Source: Sminthopsis crassicaudata (Eukaryota). Taken from it: 64,000 bases of DNA. Within the stretch, counting starts at the first letter, position 1, and every line of letters starts with the position of its first letter. The stretch is from NCBI RefSeq assembly GCF_048593235.1, contig NC_133622.1, forward strand, positions 250,918,055 to 250,982,054. The letters are read 5' to 3'. A program made the position numbers and the translations under genes. The notes below the pieces were generated by a model. That model did not search any database, was not told where the DNA came from, and worked only from the letters and a program-made list of their open reading frames with translations. This document shows positions 26,721 through 38,700 of this stretch, piece after piece.

Positions 26721-29700
26721 TTCGGGGCTCAGTCGGGCTCAGGTCCTCCTGGGAAAGGACCCCCACATCACGAGGGTAGACTGAGGAAGGGGACATTTGA
26801 GGAGTCTGGGGGGGCACAGGGCTCCTCAATCCAGCATGTCCCAGCTGCCTTCCAGAGGAGGGGGTCGGGGAGGAAGCCGGGGCAGCTGCTCTGGCTCCTC
26901 AGAAGGGAGGGGCAAGACCTCTGAAGTGCCGGAGCTAGACCCACTTCTCCCCCTGCCCAGCCCCCCTTTGACCACGAAATCCAGCCCTTGCCTTGGGTAG
27001 GATGAGATGGGCTCAGGGCGGGGTTGGGGAGCAGGAGGGGAGGTCCTCTGGGGGTCCCGGCGGGGCAGCCAAGGAGATCAGAGGAAGGGCCGGGCAGCGG
27101 ACTTCCCGCTCTTCCCCCCTGCAGAGAGGGGGCAGAAACGGGGCAAAGACGCCTGGCAGGGCAGAGAGCCACGAGGCTGAGAGATTTCTCCTTAAAAGGG
27201 GAAACTGAGCCTGGCAAGGGAAGGAGGAGACCAGAAGCTCAAAGGGGACTGGAGGAAGCTCCGGGGGGGGGGGGGGGGGAGGAGGGGGAAGAGCTTGGAA
27301 TCTCAGGGAGCAGCAGGGAGAAGGGCCCAGGAGCCGGGGAGAGGAGGAGAAGCGGCCGGGAGCTGGCGGGGAGGGGCAGGGCTCCCTCGGCGGGCCTCGG
27401 CCTGCCCGGGCCCCCCGGGGCCTCTGACTGGGGCCCTCTCGCCTTGTGCTCTGGGTGACCCAGCCCAAAGCGGGGCCAGGTGGCCTCCTGGCAGCCAGTC
27501 CCTCCAGCTGCTTCTTGTCCCCTTGTCATGCCCTAAATATACCCGAGGTGGCCGGTGTCAGCTTCCCCCGAGCCAGGATTAGGGCACAGCTGCCGGCTCT
27601 CCCGTCCTGCCTAAACCAGGGCTAAAATTAGACTCGCCAACACGGCCCGGGGGGCACTGGGGGGCGTCGGCGGGCACTGGGAGAGCCCCATCCCCACCGA
27701 GCAGTGACTGCAGCTGGCTGAGTCACTGCTTCTCTGAACCTCAGTCTTCTCATCTGTCACAGGGCTAATCCCCGGGGCAGGGATGCTGGGAAGATGGTGG
27801 GAAGGATGCTGAGCCAGGCCAAGGGCTGAGCCGGGGAGACGGGAGCCCGGGGGCTGGGCAGAGCCCTGGCGGAGGTGTTAGTCTGGAGGATTGACTCAGG
27901 AGGCGTCCCTGTCGCCCTGGAGTCTCTGAGGCTGGATCCCCGGCCCCATCCTCCCGGAGAACCAGCCCAAGAGCTCCGGGCAGCGAGGAGGCAGAAGGCC
28001 CGAGCCCCGGCTGACAAACGGGGAGGGCTCTGGAGGGCCTGGCGTGGGCCCTGCCATTGCCGGGCTCTCTGAGCAATCCGAGTCCTCCCCGTGGTGGCCG
28101 GGAGGGTCGGTGGGGGATGTGGCTAAAGCCCCAAAGGCCAAGAGTGGCGACCACCTGTGCGTGTGCCCAACCTGGGGGCAGGGATGCCTCGGCCCCCTGA
28201 GCTGCCCCTGCAGAAGTGGCTTCCCTTTGAGAAGCCTGATCCCTCAAAAATGGGAGAGGGGTTCTCCATTTTACTCCACTCCACTCTGGAACCCCTCCCC
28301 ACTCTGCCTTCCATCGCTGCCCTGCCCCCAGCTCAGATTTCCCACCTCTAGGTCTTTGCTCAGGCTGTGCTTCCCTTGCCATCTTTACTGAATCATTCAC
28401 ATGTATTTTTGCCCCACCCAGCCTGGAGAGGCCCCAGAGGCCGACTGTCCTGACTAAACCTGGCCTCTCTTCTGGGCACCAAGTCTGGCAAATGGGGGGT
28501 GGGGCAGAGAGTTCCCTTCCCTTCTCCCCTACAACCCTCCCAACCTTCAGGGCCTGCACGGCTGTGCCCTGGAGGATCTGGGCCGGAGCTGAGCACAGGG
28601 AGAAGGGCTGGCCGAAGCTGGGCATCCGTCTCAGGCTGCTCGGCTCCCTTCCACCCTTTGCCCTATTGCCCCCATGCTCCACCCTGCCCTGAGTCTCCAC
28701 CCTACAACTGTGCCCCAAGATAAGGGACCAGCTGCCTGATCCTTCCCTCCCACGTGTCAGAAGTGGGGGGGCGAGGGCAAGCAGAGGAGGCTGGGCTGTC
28801 CCACTGAGCTGCTCCCCTTCTCTCTGCCCCGTCTTGCCCCACCCCCAGGCAGCCAGACAAGCTAGTGGTCGTGTGGACTCGGAGGAACCGGCGCATCTGC
28901 TCCAAGGTACGGCTCCCAGGACCCCCATTTCTGTCGGGCTTGGGGGGGAGATCGGGGAGCTGGGGGGCCGCTCTGGGGCTGAGAAATCTTTCCACAGGCC
29001 CACAGCTGGCAGCCTGGGATCCAGAACCCTTACCGGGGCATGGTGGTGTGGATGGTGCCAGAGAACGTGGATATCTCCGTGACTCTCTATCGGGTGAGCC
29101 CCCGGCCCTGTGCCCACTAGCCCCGGGCGCTAGGAACTCGGAGCCCAGGCCCAATAGCGCTGATCGAGCTCCACGAGGATTAGGAAGCTCCCACTGTGTG
29201 CAGGGCCCTGAGCGCTGACAAGACAGAGCCGGCTCGCCCATGGGAGCTCAGGGAAAAGAGAACACGGGATCTTCTGGGGATTGCAGGCCTCTGATTTCTG
29301 CAGGGCAGGAAATTCCCTGCACCCATGGAGGAAGAAAGCGAGGGAGGGAAGGAGGGAAGGAGGAAGAGAGGGAAAGAGAAAGGGAGGGAGGAGGAAAGGG
29401 AAGGAAGTGAAAGGACTTNNNNNNNNNNNNNNNNNNNNNNNNNNNNNNNNNNNNNNNNNNNNNNNNNNNNNNNNNNNNNNNNNNNNNNNNNNNNNNNNNN
29501 NNNNNNNNNNNNNNNNNNNNNNNNNNNNNNNNNNNNNNNNNNNNNNNNNNNNNNNNNNNNNNNNNNNNNNNNNNNNNNNNNNNNNNNNNNNNNNNNNNNN
29601 NNNNNNNNNNNNNNNNNNNNNNNNNNNNNNNNNNNNNNNNNNNNNNNNNNNNNNNNNNNNNNNNNNNNNNNNNNNNNNNNNNNNNNNNNNNNNNNNNNNN

Positions 29701-32700
29701 NNNNNNNNNNNNNNNNNNNNNNNNNNNNNNNNNNNNNNNNNNNNNNNNNNNNNNNNNNNNNNNNNNNNNNNNNNNNNNNNNNNNNNNNNNNNNNNNNNNN
29801 NNNNNNNNNNNNNNNNNNNNNNNNNNNNNNNNNNNNNNNNNNNNNNNNNNNNNNNNNNNNNNNNNNNNNNNNNNNNNNNNNNNNNNNNNNNNNNNNNNNN
29901 NNNNNNNNNNNNNNNNNNNNNNNNNNNNNNNNNNNNNNNNNNNNNNNNNNNNNNNNNNNNNNNNNNNNNNNNNNNNNNNNNNNNNNNNNNNNNNNNNNNN
30001 NNNNNNNNNNNNNNNNNNNNNNNNNNNNNNNNNNNNNNNNNNNNNNNNNNNNNNNNNNNNNNNNNNNNNNNNNNNNNNNNNNNNNNNNNNNNNNNNNNNN
30101 NNNNNNNNNNNNNNNNNNNNNNNNNNNNNNNNNNNNNNNNNNNNNNNNNNNNNNNNNNNNNNNNNNNNNNNNNNNNNGCCAGGAACTGTGCTAAGCACTT
30201 TTCAAACTGGTTTCATTTGCTGTCCCAAGTCTTCACGCTTTAGTTTTAGAGAAATTCGTAGGCCCCCTCCCCTGTCAGGTCTTCCTGACTCCAGCCTCTG
30301 CTTTTCCTCAGCTTGAAAGCAGTGACTGTCCCCATAAGTTTCAAAAATCCTTTGACTCACAGAGTAACAATGACAACCACAATCATCTTAATCACTCTAA
30401 GGTTTTATGGATTCTAAAGCAATTAATTACTTCCTGACAATCCCTGAGTTAAGTTGATGGGAGTTATTATCCTCATTTGACAGAGAGGGACACTGAGGCA
30501 CAGTTTTTAAAGCCAGAGTCAAACCCCTCGGGAGTCTTGAGCCAGAATGGGAACCCAAGGCCCTTCCACTCTCCCACTTACATGATGCCTTTTATGTTTA
30601 CAAAAATCATTTCCTCTTGTCATCCATTCCCCAACTCTTTATCTTCTATTTAATTTCTTTATCTTTATCTTTCTATTTTATTTCCTCTTCTGTTAATCCG
30701 GGTGATTTATGTTTTTGTAAACATCAGCCATTCCAATCAGATTGTCAGACTTATTAGCACAGTTGGGCAAAATAGGTCCTAGAGATCACTTTGATTTCCT
30801 CTTCATTGGTGACAAATTCACCCTTTTTATTTTTGATGCTTCCAATTTGGTTTTCTTCTTTGCTTTTTCTAATCAAATTAACCAAAAGCTATTTTGTTGG
30901 GTTTTTTTCCCATAAAACCAACTGTTACTTTTGTCAATCAGTTCAATAGTTTTGTTAACTTGTTACTTTCAATTTGTTAATCTCTCATTTGATCCAACAA
31001 TGTCTTCTAACTAACTCTGTATATATATGTTACATATACACGCACATCAAAGGATCAGTCCCGGTGCCCTTATGTGAGTCTCTGAAATACTACATGCTTG
31101 TGGCCCCCACCTCTGTCCTGGGGGGGTGAATGTGTTCCATCTCGAGGTCCCAGAATGGAGACTGGTCATTGATCTCCATGGAAATTCCTATATGTTTCAA
31201 GCTGAGGAGTTCCATGGGGCGGCCCCTAGCAAGAAGGCCCCCCTGGCCTCCATCCCTGCCTCCTCCTTCTCTCCCTCACCCACTTGTGCTCTTGACCGTG
31301 GTCACGCTCACTGGCTTTCTGGGCACCCTGGCAGTGGGGAGGGGAGTGAGGCAGGATTCTTGCCCCAGTGGGAGAAGGGGAAATGGAGGCTCTGAGAGGA
31401 TTCCAGAGTTCAGGTGCCTAAGGTCCCCCCAAGGCCTGGGATGAGGGACAGCGTGTTCCCTGGGCCCTTGGCACGGCTTCCTCCCCACTCCTGGAGCCGC
31501 CCCGCTCCCCTCACTCTCCCTCCTCCATCTGTTCTTGGGGTTTCACTCTTGCTCTCCCGCAGGACCCCCACGTGGAGCAGTACGAGGCCAAGGAATGGAC
31601 GTTCATCATCGAGAATGTGAGTATCAGACCCGGGCATTTGCCTGCTTTCTCTTGGTTTAGGGGGGCAGTCTCCAGATTCCCTGGCCCTGGGGGGGAATGT
31701 GGCCCAGGGTTCCTTCCCCTCAGGGAGCCCCCTTCTACTCAGAGACTAAGCACAAGCTCACAGGCTAAGGGCTGGCCCACCTGGTGCAGCCCCCACATTT
31801 GACAGAGAGGGAAACTGAGGCTCGGGGACATTAAAAAAAACTTACCAAGGGGCCCGTCCCCCCCAGAGCCCAAGGGGAAATTTGGGAGTATTCGTCTCCC
31901 CCTGTTTCACACGACTGAGCCTCGGACCCAGAGCCTGTGATTTCTGGATCTCTTTTGGGGTGTCCATCATGTCTAGGGGCAGGGCCAGGTGGGCGTAGGG
32001 TGGACACTTGGGGCCGTGGATGGTCTTGGGGCCTGTTGATGGAGGAGATGAGAAGAGCTTTTGCTGTGCGCCCCCACCCAGCCCCAGTGTCTGACTTTCC
32101 ATCCCTTCTCTCCCAGGAGTCCAAGGGGCAGCGCAAGGTGCTGGCCACGGTGGACGTGGACCTGGCCCGCTATGCGGGGCCCGCGCAGTCCCAGGTCCCC
32201 CTGCGGTTGAAGCTAAAGCCCAAGTCAGTGAAAGTGCTGAACGCGGAGCTGAGCCTGACCCTGCTGGGCGTCCTGGTCAGGGAGGGCCGAGCCACGTGAG
32301 TGCTCTCTGGTCTGGGGGCCCGGCACCTCGGGAGCTTCTGCTCCGGCGGGGCTGAGGGCCCTGGGAGGCTCCTGGGGAACTGGGGACACGGCTCCCGGGG
32401 CTCCCCTGAACTGGCTCTTGCCCTCAGGGATGATGACATGCAGAGCCTGGCCAGCTTGATGAGCGTCAAGCCCAGTGACGTGGGCAACCTGGAGGATTTC
32501 GCTGAGAGCGACGAAGAGGATGCTGCGGGCCAGGGGGCCCCCGAGGCCCGGGCCAGGCCTGGCCAGCCAGGTGGGCTCCTTGGGCCTCCCCTGCCCTAGT
32601 GGGCGCTGCCCCTGGGCCTGGGGGCCACTCCTGCAGACCCCACACCTGCTCCTGCCCCTCAGGCAGACCCCCCTCCTTTCTGGCTCTCTCTGGTCTCTGC

Positions 32701-35700
32701 TCTGCTACCTCTCTGGGTCTTTCCTCTCCTCTCTAGGTCCGGTTGCGGCCCCGAGGTTGGGGCGTTTCCCAGGTATAGCCTCAGTTCTCCTTCCTGGGTG
32801 GGGGGCTGATCTGTGGGGGGGCGCCTGCTGAACCACTCTCACGGCCCTGCCCCCCCCTTGCCACCCACAGATCCATCCTGGGAGCTGGACACTGTGTGTG
32901 AGGAGGAGGAAGGAGGCAGGCCTGGCTCCGGGGCCGTTTCCAAGAAGGGAGGTGAGGCTGGGGCCCGGCCCATGTGGGGGTGACTGGGGGGGTGGAAGGA
33001 GGGGGCTGAGCACCCCCTCACCCCGTCCCTTCCTTTGCCAGCAGCGGCCTCTGCCCAGCCTGCTGCCCCGGCCCAGCCGGTCCAGGCTCTGCTGGAGGAG
33101 GGCGGCGTTAAGGAGCCCGGACCAGCCCCTGTAAGTGCCCCTGCCTCTGCCCCCGCGCCCCCTCTCAGGGCTTCCCGGGGCCAGGGGGGCAGGGGGCATC
33201 GAGGCCCGCCGAGCCCGGGGGGCCAGCCCAGTGAGGAGACGGAAGCGGCCGGGGGCAGGATGGGCACCGAGGCCCAGCCGCTCCAGGGACCCGTGCCGGA
33301 GATGAGGTGAGGGCTCTCAAGAGGAGGCGGTCCGCCTCAGAGAAGGGGAGCGGGGTGGGCGCGGGGTGGAAGGCACGCGCCGTCCCGAGACTCCTGGCTC
33401 CTAAACCTCCACCCTCTGGGAGCTGGCACGGACCCTGAGGCCAGCTGAGAAACCGAGGGCCCCGGGGTCCACACTGGCCCTCCCCCGCCTCCAGCCCACC
33501 CCTTTGCCGTGCTTCCTCCAGGCTCCTCCAGCCCTCCCCCTTGCCGTGCTCCCCCTTCCAGGAAACGCTGTTTCTCCAGATCACTTCCCTCTTAGCCGGG
33601 CTTTGGCGCCGGGCCCCTCGCCAGGCACCTCGAGGCCCCTCCTCCCCGGCCCCTCCCTGCTTCCTCCTCTGTGTCTCAACCAGTTTCAAGTGGGAAGTTC
33701 TGGGCCCAAAAGAATGGGGCGGGAGGGGTGGGGGGTGGTTCAGGGGGGAGGAAGGAGCCGACCCCTCCCCCCTCCCTCCACACCCTGAATCTTTGTTCCC
33801 CTGTCTCCCCAGGTCCCCATGGCGACCCCTTGAGGATTCCCCCATCCCCGCCCCCCGGCTCAGGAGAGTGGCCACCGCCCCCCTGCACCCAGCCCTGCCA
33901 CACCGCGAGGAGGAAGCCCCAGGGGCCCCCCCAGGGGAGCAGGCGGGCCCCGTAGCGGGGGGAGCCCATCAGCTAGAGCTGGGAGCAGGAGAGAGAGAGC
34001 AAGGGAGCCTCAAAGCCAGGGATGCTTCCCAGGAGGGAAGAGGAGAAGGGGGAGGAGAGGAAGGAGCGCCCGGCCCGCAGGGCCAAGGGGCCCGGGCCAG
34101 GGACAGAGCCGGGCAGGCCGCTGGGGGCCCGGAGACCCAGGAGAAGGGCCGAGGAGGAGGGGAGGGGCAGGGCCAAGGTGCCAGGGCCGGGGAGAAGCGG
34201 GGGGAAGCCGCGAGGGGGCCAGACGCCAGGGAGGAGGCCACGAGGGGGCCACGGGTCTGGGCCGAGACGGAAGCCCGGTCAGCAGCAGCCGCTGACCAGG
34301 CCCCCCCGGAAACAACCGCAGGCGAGGAAACTAGGGGGACGGAGGCTAGGGGGGCAGAGGGGCCCACAGAGAAGCCCGGGGACCAGGAGCTTGGCCCTGA
34401 GGAGCTCCGGGGGCCAGGCCGGCGTCCTCCAGCTCAGGACAGTGGGAGCCCGCAGGCCCCCAGTCCAGTCCATGGCACTGGGCCGGGGGCTGAGGCGGGA
34501 GCTCCCTGGGGCGTAGCTGAAAGAGCTTCAGAACAGGAGGACAGTGGGAGAGCAGAGGACAGGGGCCAAGAGGGGACAGGGGCCCTGGGGGTCCCTCCCA
34601 CGGGAGCCGAAGGCACCATGGCCCAGGTGAGCAAGAGGGGCGCTCATCCAGGGAGCAGGGATAGCTGGGAGCGTGGGGCTGGGGCTGGGCCCTCAGGGGC
34701 TGAGGAGACGGGCTCTGGGCCTCTGAGGGCCAGGGAGGAGGGGGGGGCTGAAGGGGGGAGGGCTCCAAGAACAGGGCCTGAGACAGGGGGGCTTAGGGCA
34801 GCGGGGCCTGGGCCTGGGGGGACGGGGGGGAACAGGGGGCTAGGAGCCGAGATCTCAGGGATGAAGGAGAAAGAAGCCTCGGTTTCAGAACCTAAAGAGA
34901 CAGAGACTGAGATTCAGCCACTTGAGATAGTGGGGCCTGTAACAACAGGAGTACTAGGGACTGAGGAGGCAGAGGCTGGGGGGTCGGGGGCTAAGGGGGC
35001 AGGCGCTGAAGTGACAGGAACAAATGCTGTGGCACTTGGGATGTTGCAGACTGGGGAGGCCGGTTCTAGGGCCTTGGGGACCAAGGAGAAGGCCGGGAAG
35101 TTGGGGACCAAGAGAACGGAACGTGGAATATTACAGAGGGAAGAGATGGGAACTGGGAAACTGGCTCTCGGGGTAATGGGGGCTGAGGAGACACCAGAGC
35201 CATTGATCAGTGAGGGGGCGGGGGGGGCGGGGAACGGAGAGATGGAGCCTGAGAGGCTGGGGGCCAGGGAGACCCAGCCTGGGCTATCAGATGCCGAAGT
35301 AGTGACCCTGGCACTTGATACAGGGGGGCCTGAGGGGAGAGGCACTGCAGCACTGGGGAACGGGGAGACCGCGGTTGGGAGACCGAGGACTGGGGAGAGG
35401 GGCTCAAAGGTCTTGGCACCTGTGCTATTAGGGACTAGGGAGGCGGAATTCAGGAGATTGGAGCCTGAAGGAATGGCAGCTGAAAGAATAAGGACTGAGG
35501 CTAGAGAAGCTGGGGTGATAGAGACCAAGGAGATGGAGGCTGTGATACTGGAGACTGAAGAGGCAGAGGCTGAGGGATTGGGGGCCGAGGAGATGGAGGC
35601 TGAAATATTGGAGTCCGAGGAAGCAGAGGCTGAGGGATTGGGAGTTGAAGAGATGGAGGCTGCCATATTGGAGTCCAAGGAGGCAGAGGCTGAGGGATTG

Positions 35701-38700
35701 GGAGTTGAAGAGATGGAGGCTGCAATATTGGAGTCCAAGGAGGCAGAGGCTGAGGGATTGGGAGTTGAAGAGATGGAGGCTGCAATATTGGAGTCCAAGG
35801 AGGCAGAGGCTGAGGGATTGGGAGTTGAAGAGATGGAGGCTGCAATATTGGAGTCCAAGGAGGCAGAGGCTGAGGGATTGGGGGCCGAGGAGATGGAGGC
35901 TACAATATTGGAGTCCAAGGAGGCAGAGGCTGAGGGATTGGGGACCGAGGAGATGGAGGCTACAATACTGGAGTCCGAGGAGGCAGAGGCTGAGGGATTG
36001 GGGGCCGAGGAGATGGGAACTGAAGTACTGGGGACCGAGGAGATAGAGACTGCAATATTGGAGTCCAAGGAGGCAGAAGCTGAGGGATTGGGAGTCAAGG
36101 AGATGGAGGCTGCAATATTGGAGTCCAAGGAGGCAGAGGCTGAGGGATTGGGAGTCAAGGAGATGGAGGCTGCAATATTGGAGTCTGAGGAGGCAGAGGC
36201 TGAGGGATTGGGAGTCAAGGAGATGGAGGCTGCAATATTGGGGACCGAGGAGGCAGAGGCTGAGGGATTGGGGGCCGAGGAGATGGAGGCTGCAATATTG
36301 GAGTCCGAGGAGGCAGAGGCTGAGGGATTGGGGGCCGAGGAGATGGAGGCTGCAATATTGGAGTCCGAGGAGGCAGAGGCTGAGGGATTGGGAGTCAAGG
36401 AGATGGAGGCTGCAATATTGGGGACCGAGGAGGCAGAGGCTGAGGGATTGGGGGCCGAGGAGATGGAGGCTGCAATATTGGAGTCCGAGGAGGCAGAGGC
36501 TGAGGGATTGGGAGTCAAGGAGATGGAGGCTGCAATATTGGGGACCGAGGAGGCAGAGGCTGAGGGATTGGGGGCCGAGGAGATGGAGGCTGCAATATTG
36601 GAGTCCGAGGAGGCAGAGGCTGAGGGATTGGGGGCCGAGGAGGCAGAGGCTAGGATGTGGGTGCCTGGAAAGGCGCCATCAGCGGGAGGAGTGACTGGGT
36701 GTGCACTCTTGGCTTTGGGGGAGGAGTCAGAAGCAGAGCCAGAAGCTGAGGGGTCCATCCGGGAGCCACGTCTAGCCCCCGTAGCTGGGGGGGCTGGGGA
36801 AGAAGCCCCCACGGCCCTGGCCGCCAGCTTCCCCTGGGTGGCCCCCGCCTCGGTGCAGGAGGAGGGGGAGGCCCAGGGCTCTCCTGCCTTCTCTACACCA
36901 ACAGCCCCCAGCCAAGAGGGGCCTGAAGAAGACAGGAGGCCTCAGGGCTGGGGAGGAGGCCCGGAGCCTCCCCTGGGCGCCAAGGTAGGGACAGTAGCCC
37001 CCAAGCCCGGCCTGCTGCTTGTTCACTAACCTCCCAGGATCAGGCTGTTTGGGGCCAGGCCAAGCTAACTGGAGAGAATGACTCATGCATGGGGGGAGGT
37101 GCCCAAGCTTGTCCTGCAAGCGGGGCGCCAAGGGGGCTCCGCTGGGCTTCGGGGCTTGCCTCGGCCCCCCGGATCCTAGAAGGCTCCCCTCCCCCACGCA
37201 GCCCAGCATGGCACAGAAGGGGCGGCTCTGGGTGCGGGCTGCCGGGGTCTGGCTTCCCCGAGGCCCCATGTGGCCCATCTGCCCCGTGGCCTCCAGATCC
37301 AGGGTCGGCCCCTTTGTGGGCCCCGAGGCTGCCCAGTGGTCAGCGGTGGCCCCGTGGGGGACCCGGGGCCGGGGGGGGGTGGAGAGATGTGGAGGGCGCC
37401 CCGCCGGGCTCCGGCCCTGAGTCAGCGCCCCCCTCACATCTCCCCCAGGTTAGCTCCAGCCAGTCCTTGCTGGAGTGGTGCCAGGAGGTCACGGCGGCTT
37501 ATCCCGGGGTCCGGGTCACCAACTTCACCACGTCCTGGCGCAACGGGCTGGCCTTCTGCGCCATCCTGCACTACTTCCACCCGGACAAGATGTGAGCAGC
37601 CGGGCCCCGGGGCGGCGGGAGGGGAGCCTGCTCGGGCCGCCCACCCTGGGACGCGGGGGTCAGCCAGCCTGGGCCTTTGGCCTCCCCCGACTTCTCTGAC
37701 CCTGCTTTGTGCCCACAGTGACTTCGCTGCCCTGGACCCCCAGAATATCAAGCAGAACAACAAGCAGGTGAGCAAGCGGGGCAGTGTGTCTGGGTTAAGG
37801 GGCAGAGACCCGGATTCAAATCCTTCCTCAGCCCCTTGCTCCCGGGGTGACTGCGGACAAGTCCCTTCACTTCCCAAAGTCTCATTTTGTTCCCCTGTAA
37901 GAAGTGGGGCGGCGGTGGGTTCTGTCAGAGCAGCTCGCCCCTCCTCGGGGTGAATGGAGCCCTGGTCACTCCCCAGCACTCCGTGACAGCATGGAGGCCC
38001 CAGAAACCCATGTCTGGTCACCAGAAAGTTCTCTGTTGGAGCTCCCTGGGCGCGGCCTGGCCCCCTGCCTGTGCCCTCTGCCCCCTGACCCTGCCCCCTG
38101 ACCCCAGGCGTTCGATGGCTTCGCATCCCTGGGCGTCTCGCGGCTGCTGGACCCCGCAGACATGGTGCTCCTGGCCGTGCCGGACAAGCTGATCGTCATG
38201 ACCTACCTGTGCCAGATCCGGGCCTTCTGCACGGGCCAGGAGCTGCAGTTGGTGCAGGTGGAGGGCGGCGGCCGGGCCAGCACCTACAGGGTGGGCGGCC
38301 CCGAGCCCGAGCTGCCCGAGGCCCTGAGCTCCGGCCCCCTGGCCCAGCGCCTGCGCGAGCGCGGCGGGGACGTGGCGGGGGCCGCCCCCGCCAACCCGGG
38401 CCCCTCAAAGGATCCCACCAAGGCGTCTGGGAGGCAGCCCAAGGAGGAGGACGGCAGGGCTGGACTCCCCAGTGAGAGCCCCGGGCCTGGAGCAGCCGCA
38501 AAGAGCCCAGGGCAGGAGGCCAATGGGGACACCAGGAAGGGCGCCCCTGGAGCCCTGAGGGACACCGCGAAGAAGGAGGTTGGCGGCCCGGAGGCCGGCA
38601 GCTCGGAGGATGCCAGAGCCCGGGCGGAGGGCCCCGCGGTCAGGACCAGGACGCCGTCCCCGGCCGACGGGCTGCTAAACGGGACCGGGGCTGCCAGGCT

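Noticed and set aside
29248-30243. Long ORFs spanning N runs (also 16677-17159 and 49066-50286)
   Set aside because: Artefacts of translating through assembly gaps.
34914-36812. 632-aa Ser/Ala-rich antisense ORF
   Set aside because: It is the mirror of the EHBP1L1 coding VNTR: a stop-free unit repeated. No independent promoter, splice or homology evidence.
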